Positions 1 to 8,738 of a stretch of 64,000 nucleotides of DNA are shown piece after piece. The position numbers and the translations under genes are program-made. Each line of letters opens with the position of its first letter. Within the stretch, counting starts at the first letter, position 1. The notes under the pieces are model-generated. The model was not told the origin of the DNA and did no database searches. It saw only the letters and a program-made list of their open reading frames with translations. This stretch comes from Ilumatobacteraceae bacterium. Its GTDB lineage: Bacteria > Actinomycetota > Acidimicrobiia > Acidimicrobiales > Ilumatobacteraceae. The stretch is from NCBI GenBank assembly GCA_044232585.1, contig JBIILS010000001.1, forward strand, positions 6,880 to 70,879, given 5' to 3'.

Positions 1-195
1 CCTGTCCGCGCTGAATTCTTCGAACACGAGGTTCGGATACGCAGCAGCCAAAGACGGGTACAGAACGCTGGCCAATGTGCCCGCCTGTGAATCTCCAGTG
101 GCGCAAACCACTTCTACTTCTGGGTGCTGGGCACACAGCCGTAACAACTCTGCGCCCGTAAATCCCGATGCTCCGATGATGCCTACTCTGACCAT
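1..195 (-). CDS. argC: N-acetyl-gamma-glutamyl-phosphate reductase, 5' fragment (gene continues past window start)
   Basis: Minus-strand translation from ATG 195..193 gives MVRVGIIGASGFTGAELLRLCAQHPEVEVV..., the Rossmann N-terminus typical of ArgC. Absent from the ORF track because the window edge truncates it. Confidence 0.8.
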   Translation of the reverse strand, partial: MVRVGIIGASGFTGAELLRLCAQHPEVEVVCATGDSQAGTLASVLYPSLAAAYPNLVFEEFSADR

Positions 196-217
196 AAGTG
201 TATTATGATACGGGTAA

Positions 218-766
218 GTGAATGATTATGCAAGCACCAATCTGGCGCCAGGGAGTCTCCTCGTAGCCACTCCGGACATGAAGGACCCTCATTTCGATCG
301 GGCCGTCATCCTCCTCATTGCCTATTCATCTGACGACGGAGCAATGGGTCTGATTTTGAACAGACCTCTGACAGTTGACCAAATGGACGCCCAATCTCCC
401 ATCGCTTCATGGATGGAATCGTCACAATCGCCTTCAACCATTTTTCTCGGTGGACCAGTAGAGCCAAACGGTTATATCTGTATGACTCCCGATAGTTCAG
501 CTCTTTCAGGACTTCGCTCCGTCGATATTGAGTCCATAAGCCCCGTTCATCTCGATGGCCCTCATCGCGTATTCCGTGGCTATTCCGGCTGGGGTGCAGG
601 ACAACTAGAAGATGAATTGACCTTCAATAGTTGGTACATCGTCCCGTCACAATCAACCGATGTGCTTACAACGTCACCAGCCACATTGTGGAACGACGTG
701 CTTCAACGACAAGACGGCCCTTTGAAAAAACTTGGGCTGTTTCCCGTGAACCCCGAAGTGAATTAA
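218..766 (+). CDS. YqgE/AlgH family protein (UPF0301)
   Basis: 182-aa ORF with a GTG start. LLVATPDMKDPHFDRAVILLIAYSSDDGAMGLILNRPL matches the YqgE/AlgH signature. Overlaps pheT convergently by 4 nt. Confidence 0.7.
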   Translation: MNDYASTNLAPGSLLVATPDMKDPHFDRAVILLIAYSSDDGAMGLILNRPLTVDQMDAQSPIASWMESSQSPSTIFLGGPVEPNGYICMTPDSSALSGLRSVDIESISPVHLDGPHRVFRGYSGWGAGQLEDELTFNSWYIVPSQSTDVLTTSPATLWNDVLQRQDGPLKKLGLFPVNPEVN

Positions 767-3111
767 GCGCGAAGTGTGGCTCCGGCTTTAGTTGCAGCCG
801 CAACACATGCCTTCTGAAGTTCAGCTAATTCCGTTTCAGTCAGTGTTGCTTCAACCCCTTGAACACGCAAACGAAATGCAAGGCTGCGAAAGCCTTCAGC
901 AACTCCCTTGCCCCGATACACATCGAACAAGTTGATACTGACTAGTTGCTTTCCTGCTGCTTGGCGCAACGCACGTTGCAGTGTTGAAGCTGGAATTGAA
1001 TCTTCCATCACGAAAGCAAGATCGAGGTCACTTGAGGGATATCTATTGATGTCTTTTGCCTGCACTGGCTTCGGCTCTTCATTAAGAATGACCGACAAAT
1101 CAACTTCGAGAACACTGACACGGCCTTCGATTCCAAGAATGTCGAGAACAAGTGGATCAATTTCGCCAACTACACCCACGACTTTTTTGCCGCGAGCAAG
1201 AGTTGCAGAACGACCTGCGTGCAGACCAGCAGGAATACGTGATTGATCAAGTTGAGTACCCACAGAAAGGGCATCACAGATTGCATTCCACTGTGCCAGT
1301 GACGTTTGCACATCGCCGCCGGCAACAACAATGATCAATTGCTCAGTCTCATCAGGTAGTTGCTGATCTGACTTCGGATACACATGGCCGATTTCCCACA
1401 GCCCAATTTGAGGTGCGCGATGAGATTGGTTGTACTTCAATGAACGAAGAATTCCGGGGCGCAACGACGTACGAAGAATTGATTCTTCTGCCACTAACGG
1501 ATTAGCGATGCGCAACACATTGTCTTCAGGAAGCCCAACAGTTGCGAGATCTCCTGCAGCCAGGAACGGAGAAGGCATTGCTTCATCGAGGCCAAGCCCA
1601 ACAAGAACTCGACGCAAGATACGACGGCGTGCTTGCATATTGGACAACCGCCCATGAACGGTGGAATTAGGGACGGTCTTACCAATGTTGTCGTAACCGA
1701 AATGACGAGCGACTTCTTCAATCAAGTCAACATCTTGTGTGCAGTCGGGACGCCACGTAGGAACTATCGATGTCACCACATCGCCCTTAATAGTTGTCAC
1801 AAAGCCAATCGAATTCAGAATTGAGACTATGCGTTCGGATTCAATGTGAACACCGAGAAGGTTTTCGATGCGCTTGACGGAAACATCGACCGACATAGGA
1901 ACAGGACACGATGTTGTTTGCACCACAGTGGCTCCGGCGTGAAGAGTCGCATCTGGACACGTCTCGCGAAGGATTGTGACAAACCGTTCAGCAGCTTGTT
2001 GCCATGCGTTCGGATCTGTTCCACGTTCGAAACGAATTGATGCTTCAGATCGAAGACCATGTCGAATGGCTGAATAGCGAATCGGATCTGGCGAGAACCA
2101 AGCGCTTTCAATTGCAAGCGTTGTGGTCTTGTCTGTGATCTCTGAGTGAAGATCACCCATGACGCCAGCAAGGCCCACGCCTACATTTGTTGCTTCGTTA
2201 CAAATCAATAAGTCATCTGGGTGCAGAGAGCGTGTTTGACCATCAAGCGTTGTAAGAGTCTCCCCCTCATTGGCTAGACGTACACGGAATGAAGATACAA
2301 CGTCAGCGTCATAGGCATGATTTGGCTGGTTGGTCTCAAGCATCACCAAGTTAGAAGCGTCGACAATGTTGTTGATGGATCGCATTCCAAGATGCGCAAG
2401 CCGACTGGCAACCCATCGCGGAGACGGACCCACAGAAGCGCCACTGATGTAACTGATTGTGAACGACCCACATTGCTCGGGAGCGTCAACAACGACATCC
2501 AGTGACTTGGTACTTCCCGACGACGTAGCAGCAATTCGGGGCCCACGTAGTGGAACACCGAAATGGGCTGCAAGATCACGGGCGACCCCGAGATGCCCCC
2601 AACAATCAGCACGGTTGCGTGTGAGGTCAAGATCAAAGATGACATCGTGTTCCATGCCGAGTACTTCGAACGGACTAACTCCAAGCGGCGAGCCTGCGGG
2701 AAGAATTAAGAGACCAGACGACTCATCGCTGAGACCGAGTTCTACTTCTGAACACAACATGCCTTCAGAATCAATTCCGAGAATTCCTCGCCGAGCAATC
2801 TCCATACCGTTTGGCATGGTGGTACCCAATGTGGCTAACGGAACGATGTCACCAGCCTGCATATTTGTAGCGCCACACCACACATGGCGTTCTTCGCCAT
2901 CGCCTGCATCAACGAAACAGCGCGTCACCTTGGCAGCATCAGGATGCTTTTCCATGCGCACGATGCGCGCAGTAACGACGCCCGGAATAGGCACGCCGAC
3001 AACATCCATCTCTTCAACTGCAAGACCAAGTGAGTTGAGTGCCAACGCAATGGCGTCGGGGTCGTTAGGGAGATCAGCCATCTCGCGAAGGATCGACAAA
3101 AGCACTTTCAC
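763..3111 (-). CDS. pheT: phenylalanine--tRNA ligase beta subunit
   Basis: 782-aa ORF with N-terminus MKVLLSILREMADLP and full PheT length and architecture. GTGA overlap with the pheS stop. Confidence 0.97.
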   Translation of the reverse strand: MKVLLSILREMADLPNDPDAIALALNSLGLAVEEMDVVGVPIPGVVTARIVRMEKHPDAAKVTRCFVDAGDGEERHVWCGATNMQAGDIVPLATLGTTMPNGMEIARRGILGIDSEGMLCSEVELGLSDESSGLLILPAGSPLGVSPFEVLGMEHDVIFDLDLTRNRADCWGHLGVARDLAAHFGVPLRGPRIAATSSGSTKSLDVVVDAPEQCGSFTISYISGASVGPSPRWVASRLAHLGMRSINNIVDASNLVMLETNQPNHAYDADVVSSFRVRLANEGETLTTLDGQTRSLHPDDLLICNEATNVGVGLAGVMGDLHSEITDKTTTLAIESAWFSPDPIRYSAIRHGLRSEASIRFERGTDPNAWQQAAERFVTILRETCPDATLHAGATVVQTTSCPVPMSVDVSVKRIENLLGVHIESERIVSILNSIGFVTTIKGDVVTSIVPTWRPDCTQDVDLIEEVARHFGYDNIGKTVPNSTVHGRLSNMQARRRILRRVLVGLGLDEAMPSPFLAAGDLATVGLPEDNVLRIANPLVAEESILRTSLRPGILRSLKYNQSHRAPQIGLWEIGHVYPKSDQQLPDETEQLIIVVAGGDVQTSLAQWNAICDALSVGTQLDQSRIPAGLHAGRSATLARGKKVVGVVGEIDPLVLDILGIEGRVSVLEVDLSVILNEEPKPVQAKDINRYPSSDLDLAFVMEDSIPASTLQRALRQAAGKQLVSINLFDVYRGKGVAEGFRSLAFRLRVQGVEATLTETELAELQKACVAAATKAGATLRA

Positions 3112-4145
3112 GAGAATTGCTCCGTGAAGCGCACATCATCGGAATACATATCGCGAATGTCGTTGATTCCATGACGTTCCTTAGCCATACGGTCAATACC
3201 GAAACCAAATGCGAAACCACTCCATTCGTCTGGGTCTAAGCCGCCAGCTCGTAGAACATGCGGGTGCACCATCCCGCATCCGCCAAGCTCAATCCATGTT
3301 CCGTCATGACGACGGATATCAAATTCTGCACTTGGCTCGGTGAATGGGAAATACGACGGCCGTAAACGAGATGTGAAACCAGGACCAAAGAAGGCCTTCG
3401 TGAACGACTCAATTGTTCCGGCAAGATCAGCGAACGTAATGCCTCGGTCAATGACGAGGCCTTCAATCTGGTGAAAGACAGGCATATGCGTGGCGTCTGG
3501 GGTTTCTTTGCGAAATACGCGGCCCGGCATCACTGCATAGATCGGTGGTGGCCAATCTTGCATGACGCGAATTTGAACTGGAGATGTGTGCGTACGCAGT
3601 ACGACACTTCCATCTACGTCTGACTCAACAAACAAGGTATCCCACATACTGCGTGCAGGGTGCGACGGGGGCATGTTCAGTGCTTCGAAGTTGTAGAAGT
3701 CAGTCTCTACTTCTGGACCTTCAGCAATCTGGAAACCAAGCCCAATGAATACATCTTCCAGACGTTCCATAGCTTGCGTTACCAAATGCATACGACCAAG
3801 GCGACGCTCAACATTTGCTGACATAGCTATCTCACTCATGTCAACGCGTTCGGATTCAATCTGGCTTGAGAATTCTGCGGCACGCAATTCGCGTGAACGA
3901 CCGTCGTTCGCAGCATTCAGAGCAGTGAGCGCATCATTCACCAACTGACCCAATTCTTTTCGGGCCTCAATGTCAGCAACTTTGCCGAGCGACGATTTGA
4001 TCGACGCAATCGGGCCCTTCTTGCCCGTTAAGGCAGAGACAACACTTCGCAGTTGGTCAGAGGTAGTGGCTTCGCGTATTTGGACAATGCCATCAGCAAG
4101 AGCCTGGGCAAGTTGCCCGTGTTCGGGTGTCGATGCAGATGTCAT
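3108..4145 (-). CDS. pheS: phenylalanine--tRNA ligase alpha subunit
   Basis: 345 aa with class II aaRS motifs (FRKETPDATHMPVFHQIEGL, GFAFGFGIDRMA). Confidence 0.97.
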   Translation of the reverse strand: MTSASTPEHGQLAQALADGIVQIREATTSDQLRSVVSALTGKKGPIASIKSSLGKVADIEARKELGQLVNDALTALNAANDGRSRELRAAEFSSQIESERVDMSEIAMSANVERRLGRMHLVTQAMERLEDVFIGLGFQIAEGPEVETDFYNFEALNMPPSHPARSMWDTLFVESDVDGSVVLRTHTSPVQIRVMQDWPPPIYAVMPGRVFRKETPDATHMPVFHQIEGLVIDRGITFADLAGTIESFTKAFFGPGFTSRLRPSYFPFTEPSAEFDIRRHDGTWIELGGCGMVHPHVLRAGGLDPDEWSGFAFGFGIDRMAKERHGINDIRDMYSDDVRFTEQFS

Positions 4146-4161
4146 AACGAAGGAAACGCTA

Positions 4162-4188
4162 CTCCCCGACTACAGATCTCACGGGGAG
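4162..4188 (-). terminator. stem-loop in the 45-nt spacer between the TrmH-family gene and pheS (possible weak terminator or attenuator)
   Basis: CTCCCCG (4162-4168) pairs with CGGGGAG (4182-4188): a 7-bp stem and 13-nt loop. On the minus strand it is followed by UAGCGUUUCCUUCGUU and then the pheS AUG. Confidence 0.3.
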
Positions 4189-4190
4189 CA

Positions 4191-4958
4191 TTAACCGCGA
4201 GCGTGGGCGATATGCATTGCAATGACCGTGCCGGCCATAGCAACGTTCAGGCTTTCAGAACGGCCGACCTGCGGGACAGTGACCCACGAATCAACATGAG
4301 ATTCTGGGTCAAGTCCACGAGCTTCGTTACCAAGGACTACGCCGACAAGCCCACTGAGGTCTGCTGAATAGATTGACTCTGGATTCAGACCGGCATCATT
4401 GTTGTGAGATGTTGTGCCGAAAAGCTTGACACCTGCCATCTGTAATTGATCAAGAGAATCAATTTGCCAAATAGGAACATGCAACATTGCACCAGCCGAA
4501 GCGCGAAGAACTTTCGGAGACCAGGGATCAACCGTGGAACCAACAAGAACGACGCCACTTGCCCCAGCAGCTTCGGCACTACGTACCAAAGTTCCTAGGT
4601 TGCCAGGGTCTGATACTTCAACAAGAACCAATAGCCAATCAGAAGATGAAAACGACAATGGACGACCGGATGGCATTTCACATACCGCCATGATTCCGCG
4701 AGGTGATTCAGTATCGCTAACCGAATTGAAGGTGCGCTCATCAAGAACATGCGTGTACACGCCAGCAGCTTCATAACCGTCGTAATCATCGCGAACGAAT
4801 TGATCGACAAGTACAAAACCTGCTGCAACAGCCTCTGCTACAAGAGTTGGACCCTCAATGACGAATGAACTTTCTTCATAACGAACACTGCGACGCCCGA
4901 TGAGGCGTCGCAGTCGTTGAACCCGAGGGTTTGCTGAAGAGAGTGGAAGCCGGCTCAG
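4191..4958 (-). CDS. TrmH/SpoU-family RNA 2'-O-methyltransferase. Start placed at CTG 4958; the track start GTG 4760 cuts off the conserved N-terminal domain.
   Basis: The track ORF (189 aa) has the SpoU catalytic core ([41 protein letters not shown]). The in-frame upstream sequence [44 protein letters not shown] is the usual TrmH substrate-binding N-terminus and has no stop codon. Confidence 0.8.
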   Translation of the reverse strand: MSRLPLSSANPRVQRLRRLIGRRSVRYEESSFVIEGPTLVAEAVAAGFVLVDQFVRDDYDGYEAAGVYTHVLDERTFNSVSDTESPRGIMAVCEMPSGRPLSFSSSDWLLVLVEVSDPGNLGTLVRSAEAAGASGVVLVGSTVDPWSPKVLRASAGAMLHVPIWQIDSLDQLQMAGVKLFGTTSHNNDAGLNPESIYSADLSGLVGVVLGNEARGLDPESHVDSWVTVPQVGRSESLNVAMAGTVIAMHIAHARG

Positions 4959-5311
4959 GCGAGCGCAGCCTTTGCAGCCACAACCAAAGCCGAGAATGCT
5001 GCTGCATCGAATACTGCAAGATCAGCCATGACCTTGCGGTCAACTTCGATTCCTGCTGCGTTCAGACCAGCGATAAAGCGGCTGTATGAGATGTCGTTCT
5101 GACGGCATGCAGCGTTGATGCGCTGAATCCACAGACGACGAAACTCGCCCTTCTTTGCGCGGCGGTCACGAAATGCGTATTGACCTGAGTGCAATACCTG
5201 CTCGTTAGCTGCGCGAAATGAACGGCTCTTATTTCCGTAATAACCGCTTGCCTTCTCGAGGATTGCCTTGTGCTTCTTGCGGGCATGTACGGCCCTTTTG
5301 ACTCTTGCCAT
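4955..5311 (-). CDS. rplT: 50S ribosomal protein L20
   Basis: 118 aa, [26 protein letters not shown]... Confidence 0.97.
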   Translation of the reverse strand: MARVKRAVHARKKHKAILEKASGYYGNKSRSFRAANEQVLHSGQYAFRDRRAKKGEFRRLWIQRINAACRQNDISYSRFIAGLNAAGIEVDRKVMADLAVFDAAAFSALVVAAKAALA

Positions 5312-5343
5312 GGTGTTACCTTCCTAAATCTTTCCTGTATCGA

Positions 5344-5541
5344 TTAACGCATGCCCAGCAGGCGCTTGATGTTCTTGGTATCGCCTGGATGCACATCAGT
5401 GGTTCCTGCGAGACGACGGGTACGAACACTCGACTTCTTTTCGAACAAGTGCTGGCGGTTGGCTTTCTGACGGCGCAACTTTCCTGTACCCGATACTTTG
5501 AAACGCTTTGCAGCGGTCTTGTTTGTCTTCATCTTTGGCAT
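5344..5541 (-). CDS. rpmI: 50S ribosomal protein L35
   Basis: [31 protein letters not shown]. The track start at 5604 is an upstream extension that overlaps the infC 3' end, so the start was trimmed to the ATG at 5541. Confidence 0.93.
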   Translation of the reverse strand: MPKMKTNKTAAKRFKVSGTGKLRRQKANRQHLFEKKSSVRTRRLAGTTDVHPGDTKNIKRLLGMR

Positions 5542-5554
5542 GTCGTGTTTCCTC

Positions 5555-6172
5555 TTATTCCTGTACTTCTGATGTTTCTTCTGGTTGAACCACATTTTCA
5601 ACAACTGGTGCTGATTCCTGTGGCTCGTCCTTATCTGACGATTTCTTGGCTGGCTTCTTGTCTGGTGAAAGAACCATTGTCATATTTCTGCCTTCAAGTC
5701 GCGCCTGGGTTTCCACCTTGGCAAGCGAGCCGAGTTGTTCGAGAGCTGCATCAAGGATTTTTGCGCCCAATTCAGGATGCGCTACCTCGCGGCCTCGAAA
5801 CTGCAGAGTTACTTTTACCTTGTGTCCGTCTTCTAGGAAATCACGCATGTGGCGAACCTTTGTATCGAAGTCTCCCTTTCCGATCTTTGGTCGGAACTTC
5901 ACCTCTTTCACGGTGACGTGGGTTGTCTTCTTACGAGATTCCTTCAGCTTTTGTGCTTCTTCGTAACGGAACTTGCCGTAATCCATGATGCGACACACTG
6001 GCGGGTTTGCAAGCGGAGCAACTTCGACAAGGTCGAGGTCTAACTCGCGAGCAAGGACTAGTGCGTCAGCCGTGGTGCGAACACCAACTTGGCTGCCATC
6101 TGGACCAATGAGGCGAACCTCGCGCGCACGGATGCGTTCGTTGTAGCGCGGTTCACTCGGTGGCGTAACTAT
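5555..6172 (-). CDS. infC: translation initiation factor IF-3 (non-canonical ATA start inferred)
   Basis: The track ORF begins at GTG 5998 ([13 protein letters not shown]), inside the protein. The frame stays open upstream and encodes [58 protein letters not shown], the IF3 N-domain. A TGA at 6181..6179 closes the frame, and no ATG/GTG/TTG lies between it and 5998. ATA 6172..6170 is the only AUN codon upstream of the conserved NERIR. Confidence 0.88.
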   Translation of the reverse strand: MVTPPSEPRYNERIRAREVRLIGPDGSQVGVRTTADALVLARELDLDLVEVAPLANPPVCRIMDYGKFRYEEAQKLKESRKKTTHVTVKEVKFRPKIGKGDFDTKVRHMRDFLEDGHKVKVTLQFRGREVAHPELGAKILDAALEQLGSLAKVETQARLEGRNMTMVLSPDKKPAKKSSDKDEPQESAPVVENVVQPEETSEVQE

Positions 6173-6234
6173 GACTGTTCACTTCTAAGCAATGGGCAAG
6201 CCCTCCTCTGTATCAATAACGCAAGATGCGATAT

Positions 6235-6252
6235 TTTGCGCCAGTGCGCAAA
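6235..6252. promoter_or_regulatory. perfect 7-4-7 palindrome TTTGCGC-CAGT-GCGCAAA in the infC / DUF1844 divergent intergenic region
   Basis: Read directly from the sequence. It lies in the largest non-coding stretch found in the window (6173..6367). It could be an operator or an RNA hairpin in the infC leader. Confidence 0.3.
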
Positions 6253-6367
6253 GCAGACACAGAGCGACAGAATCGCTCGCCTTCTCGACCTGTCGCAACC
6301 GTATGGCTGGACCGGTGGGGGCAAATGCCCCACTTCGCTCAGTTGACGCCAGTTAGGGTATCGGCAC

Positions 6368-6718
6368 ATGAGCTCTGACCACACCATGCCCCCCACAGAA
6401 TCCACAAAACCGGAAATGGACGAAGGCACTGCCGAAGCACTCGAGGCTGTGGCCGAAGCCCGTCGGCGCCTCGCAGAGGTGCCAGCCTCCATTGTTGTTG
6501 CCAACCATGCCATGGGTCTCTTTGAGTTGGCAGCCATTCACCTGTCTGTGGAACCGGTTCGTCTATCAGACGCCCAAGTGGCCATAGATGCGCTTGGACT
6601 GCTCGTTGATGGGCTCGGAGAGCGCTTAGGAGAGCACCACGACACTTTGGTGGCAGCTCTTGGGAACATCCGCCTGGTCTTTGTTCAGAAATCGTCTCCG
6701 GCTACACCGAACGAATAG
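6368..6718 (+). CDS. DUF1844-like small acidic protein
   Basis: 116 aa. EVPASIVVANHAMGLFELAAIHL...AQVAIDALGLLVDGLGERLG resembles DUF1844 proteins, which are often next to infC in Actinomycetota. Confidence 0.55.
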   Translation: MSSDHTMPPTESTKPEMDEGTAEALEAVAEARRRLAEVPASIVVANHAMGLFELAAIHLSVEPVRLSDAQVAIDALGLLVDGLGERLGEHHDTLVAALGNIRLVFVQKSSPATPNE

Positions 6719-6923
6719 ATACAGCCTCGGGCCGCGCTACGCGAAAGCCCGTGCGAAACATAACGGCTTGTCCAACTTCAATGGTGCGAGACCCATCGGC
6801 GATCGACACACAATGAAATGGCCACACGACTGAAGTGGAATCTGTGATTTCTCCAAGCCCATGTGCATCATTAAACGATGTCACCGTACCTGTGAGTTCT
6901 TCGCTCAATTCTTCCGACTGCAT
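6702..6923 (-). CDS. cold-shock-domain-like (OB-fold) small protein
   Basis: 73 aa. GTVTSFNDAHGLGEI...FHCVSIADGSRTIEVGQAVMF follows the CspA-like pattern. It lies immediately downstream of hisG and overlaps the DUF1844 gene convergently by 17 nt. Confidence 0.5.
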   Translation of the reverse strand: MQSEELSEELTGTVTSFNDAHGLGEITDSTSVVWPFHCVSIADGSRTIEVGQAVMFRTGFRVARPEAVSIRSV

Positions 6924-6926
6924 GAG

Positions 6927-7799
6927 CTAGTGGATGATTTTTGAAATTGGAATCTCAAGCAAGTCTGAGGCGCCAGCATCGATGAGATCTGGAATCAATG
7001 TGTTGATGCCTCGCTTAGGAACGACCGACTCAACAGCTACGTCACCAGAGGCTAATCGCGACACCGTTGGAGATTTTGCAGCAGGTAAAAGTGCCAGTAC
7101 CGCGTCAAGAGCTGATTCAGCAACATTCAATTTCAACAACACTTTGTCGCGAGCCTCAAGAGTGCCCGTGAGCAATGTCATTAACTGTTCCATGGCGTGA
7201 CGCTTCACTGGGTCGGCGTATGAATCCTTATTCGCTATCAGTTCCGTATAGCTAGTGAGAACGGTGTCAATAATGCGAAGACCAGAGGCGCGCAGTGCTC
7301 TACCTGTTTCGGTGATGTCGACAACACAATCAGCGATATCGGGAATCTTGGCTTCACTTGCGCCGTAGCTAAGACGAATATCAGCTTTGATGCCGCGCTC
7401 TGCGAAATAACGTCGAGTCATTTCCGGATATTCAGTGGTGACACGTACTCCGTCTTTCAAATCTTTCGCAGACTGAGCAGGTGAAGAGTCTGCAACTGCC
7501 ACAACAACACGTACTGGCTGTGACGTAGCTTTTGAGTAGCGCAGCTCTCCGAGACTGACGACATCACTTGATGTTTCTTCAACCCAGTCACGACCGGTGA
7601 TACCAAGATCGAACAGGCCCTCTTGAACATAGGAAGCAATCTCTTGTGGGCGAAGAATTCGCACGGACTCAACACGGGGATCATCAATTGAGGCTTTGTA
7701 CTCAACTGACGACGAGCGAACCACGGTGAGGTCAGCTGCATCAAAGAGAGCAAGTGTTGCGGTCTCTAACGACCCTTTAGGTAAGACAATTTTCAGCAC
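6927..7799 (-). CDS. hisG: ATP phosphoribosyltransferase (long form)
   Basis: 290 aa with a GTG start. MLKIVLPKGSLE..., DLGITGRDWV, and a C-terminal regulatory domain. Confidence 0.92.
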   Translation of the reverse strand: MLKIVLPKGSLETATLALFDAADLTVVRSSSVEYKASIDDPRVESVRILRPQEIASYVQEGLFDLGITGRDWVEETSSDVVSLGELRYSKATSQPVRVVVAVADSSPAQSAKDLKDGVRVTTEYPEMTRRYFAERGIKADIRLSYGASEAKIPDIADCVVDITETGRALRASGLRIIDTVLTSYTELIANKDSYADPVKRHAMEQLMTLLTGTLEARDKVLLKLNVAESALDAVLALLPAAKSPTVSRLASGDVAVESVVPKRGINTLIPDLIDAGASDLLEIPISKIIH

Positions 7800-7851
7800 G
7801 TGTTGAGGCTAGCGAGACAACCGTTCCGCTCAGGGATGGTTTTACGAAGAG

Positions 7852-8736
7852 TTAGGAAAATTGAATGATTTCTTGGCCACTACGACCGCGTAACCACGCC
7901 GCAACATCCATGGCGGCTTTGCCCTCGGGTTGCACTGAGACCAGTCGAACCGCTCCATCACGCGTGCCAACTATTCCGGCAGCGTCACACTGGCCTGCAT
8001 CTATTTTCACTGGGTCTAGTAACGGTTCTGCTCGGAGGATTTTGAGTCGCTGAGAACCAATCATCGTGTACGAACGCACGGCTCGGACCCTACGCAACAC
8101 TTCGATACTTGAAACATTCCAATCGAGACGAAGCTCGTCAGAACTGACCTTTGTTGCATACGTTGTCTCACCGGTCTGAGGGATACCTATTCCTAGTCCG
8201 TCGTTTAACGTGTCAACCAGCAGTTGTCCCCCCACGACAGCAAGTTCGGCTGTGAGATTCTCAGTTGTGTGCGTTTCCATAATGTCTATTTCGCGGCGAG
8301 CAAAGACGTCGCCAGTATCGAGAGTTTCCTCGACATTCATGATGCACACCCCGGTACGCATATCCCCCGCCAATATCGCACGTTCTACCGGAGCTGCTCC
8401 ACGCCAACGTGGCAACAATGAAAAGTGGATGTTGACCATCGGAACCTGGGACAAAACAGATGAAGGAATGATCTTGCCGTACGCAACGACTACACCAAGC
8501 AGATCTCGATTGGAGTTTTCCTGTAACCACGTCATGTCGTGCGACACGCTTATGGAATTCTCGATGGCAATCTGCTTCACCGGACTTGCAGTTGTAGACG
8601 AGCCTCGCCCACGTCTGGCGTCGGCGCGAGTAACGACATGAGCTATCTCAAAACCATTTCGAATCAACTCCGACAGAACAGTGGCAGCAGCGATTGGAGT
8701 GCCAAGAAACACGAGAGGTCGAGCCTCACGGGTCAT
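7852..8736 (-). CDS. fmt: methionyl-tRNA formyltransferase
   Basis: 294 aa. VFLGTP..., HFSLLPRWRGAAPVERAI motif. Confidence 0.95.
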   Translation of the reverse strand: MTREARPLVFLGTPIAAATVLSELIRNGFEIAHVVTRADARRGRGSSTTASPVKQIAIENSISVSHDMTWLQENSNRDLLGVVVAYGKIIPSSVLSQVPMVNIHFSLLPRWRGAAPVERAILAGDMRTGVCIMNVEETLDTGDVFARREIDIMETHTTENLTAELAVVGGQLLVDTLNDGLGIGIPQTGETTYATKVSSDELRLDWNVSSIEVLRRVRAVRSYTMIGSQRLKILRAEPLLDPVKIDAGQCDAAGIVGTRDGAVRLVSVQPEGKAAMDVAAWLRGRSGQEIIQFS

Positions 8737-8738
8737 GA

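Noticed and set aside
5542-5604. The extended rpmI start ([21 protein letters not shown]...)
   Set aside because: The extension overlaps the infC 3' end. L35 proteins begin MPKMKT..., and the ATG at 5541 gives the expected 65-aa protein.
6191-6193. The in-frame ATT with ideal SD spacing, considered as the true infC start
   Set aside because: In-frame TAG (6187..6185) and TGA (6181..6179) follow it before the conserved IF3 sequence, so it cannot encode IF3 without two read-through events. It is kept only as a possible mini-ORF (see findings).
6089-6537. Track ORFs 6089..6346 (+), 6169..6537 (-) and 6353..6541 (-) in the infC / DUF1844 spacer
   Set aside because: They overlap the infC N-terminal coding region, the leader or the DUF1844 gene. 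They have no motifs or SD context and show odd composition, so they are likely non-coding.
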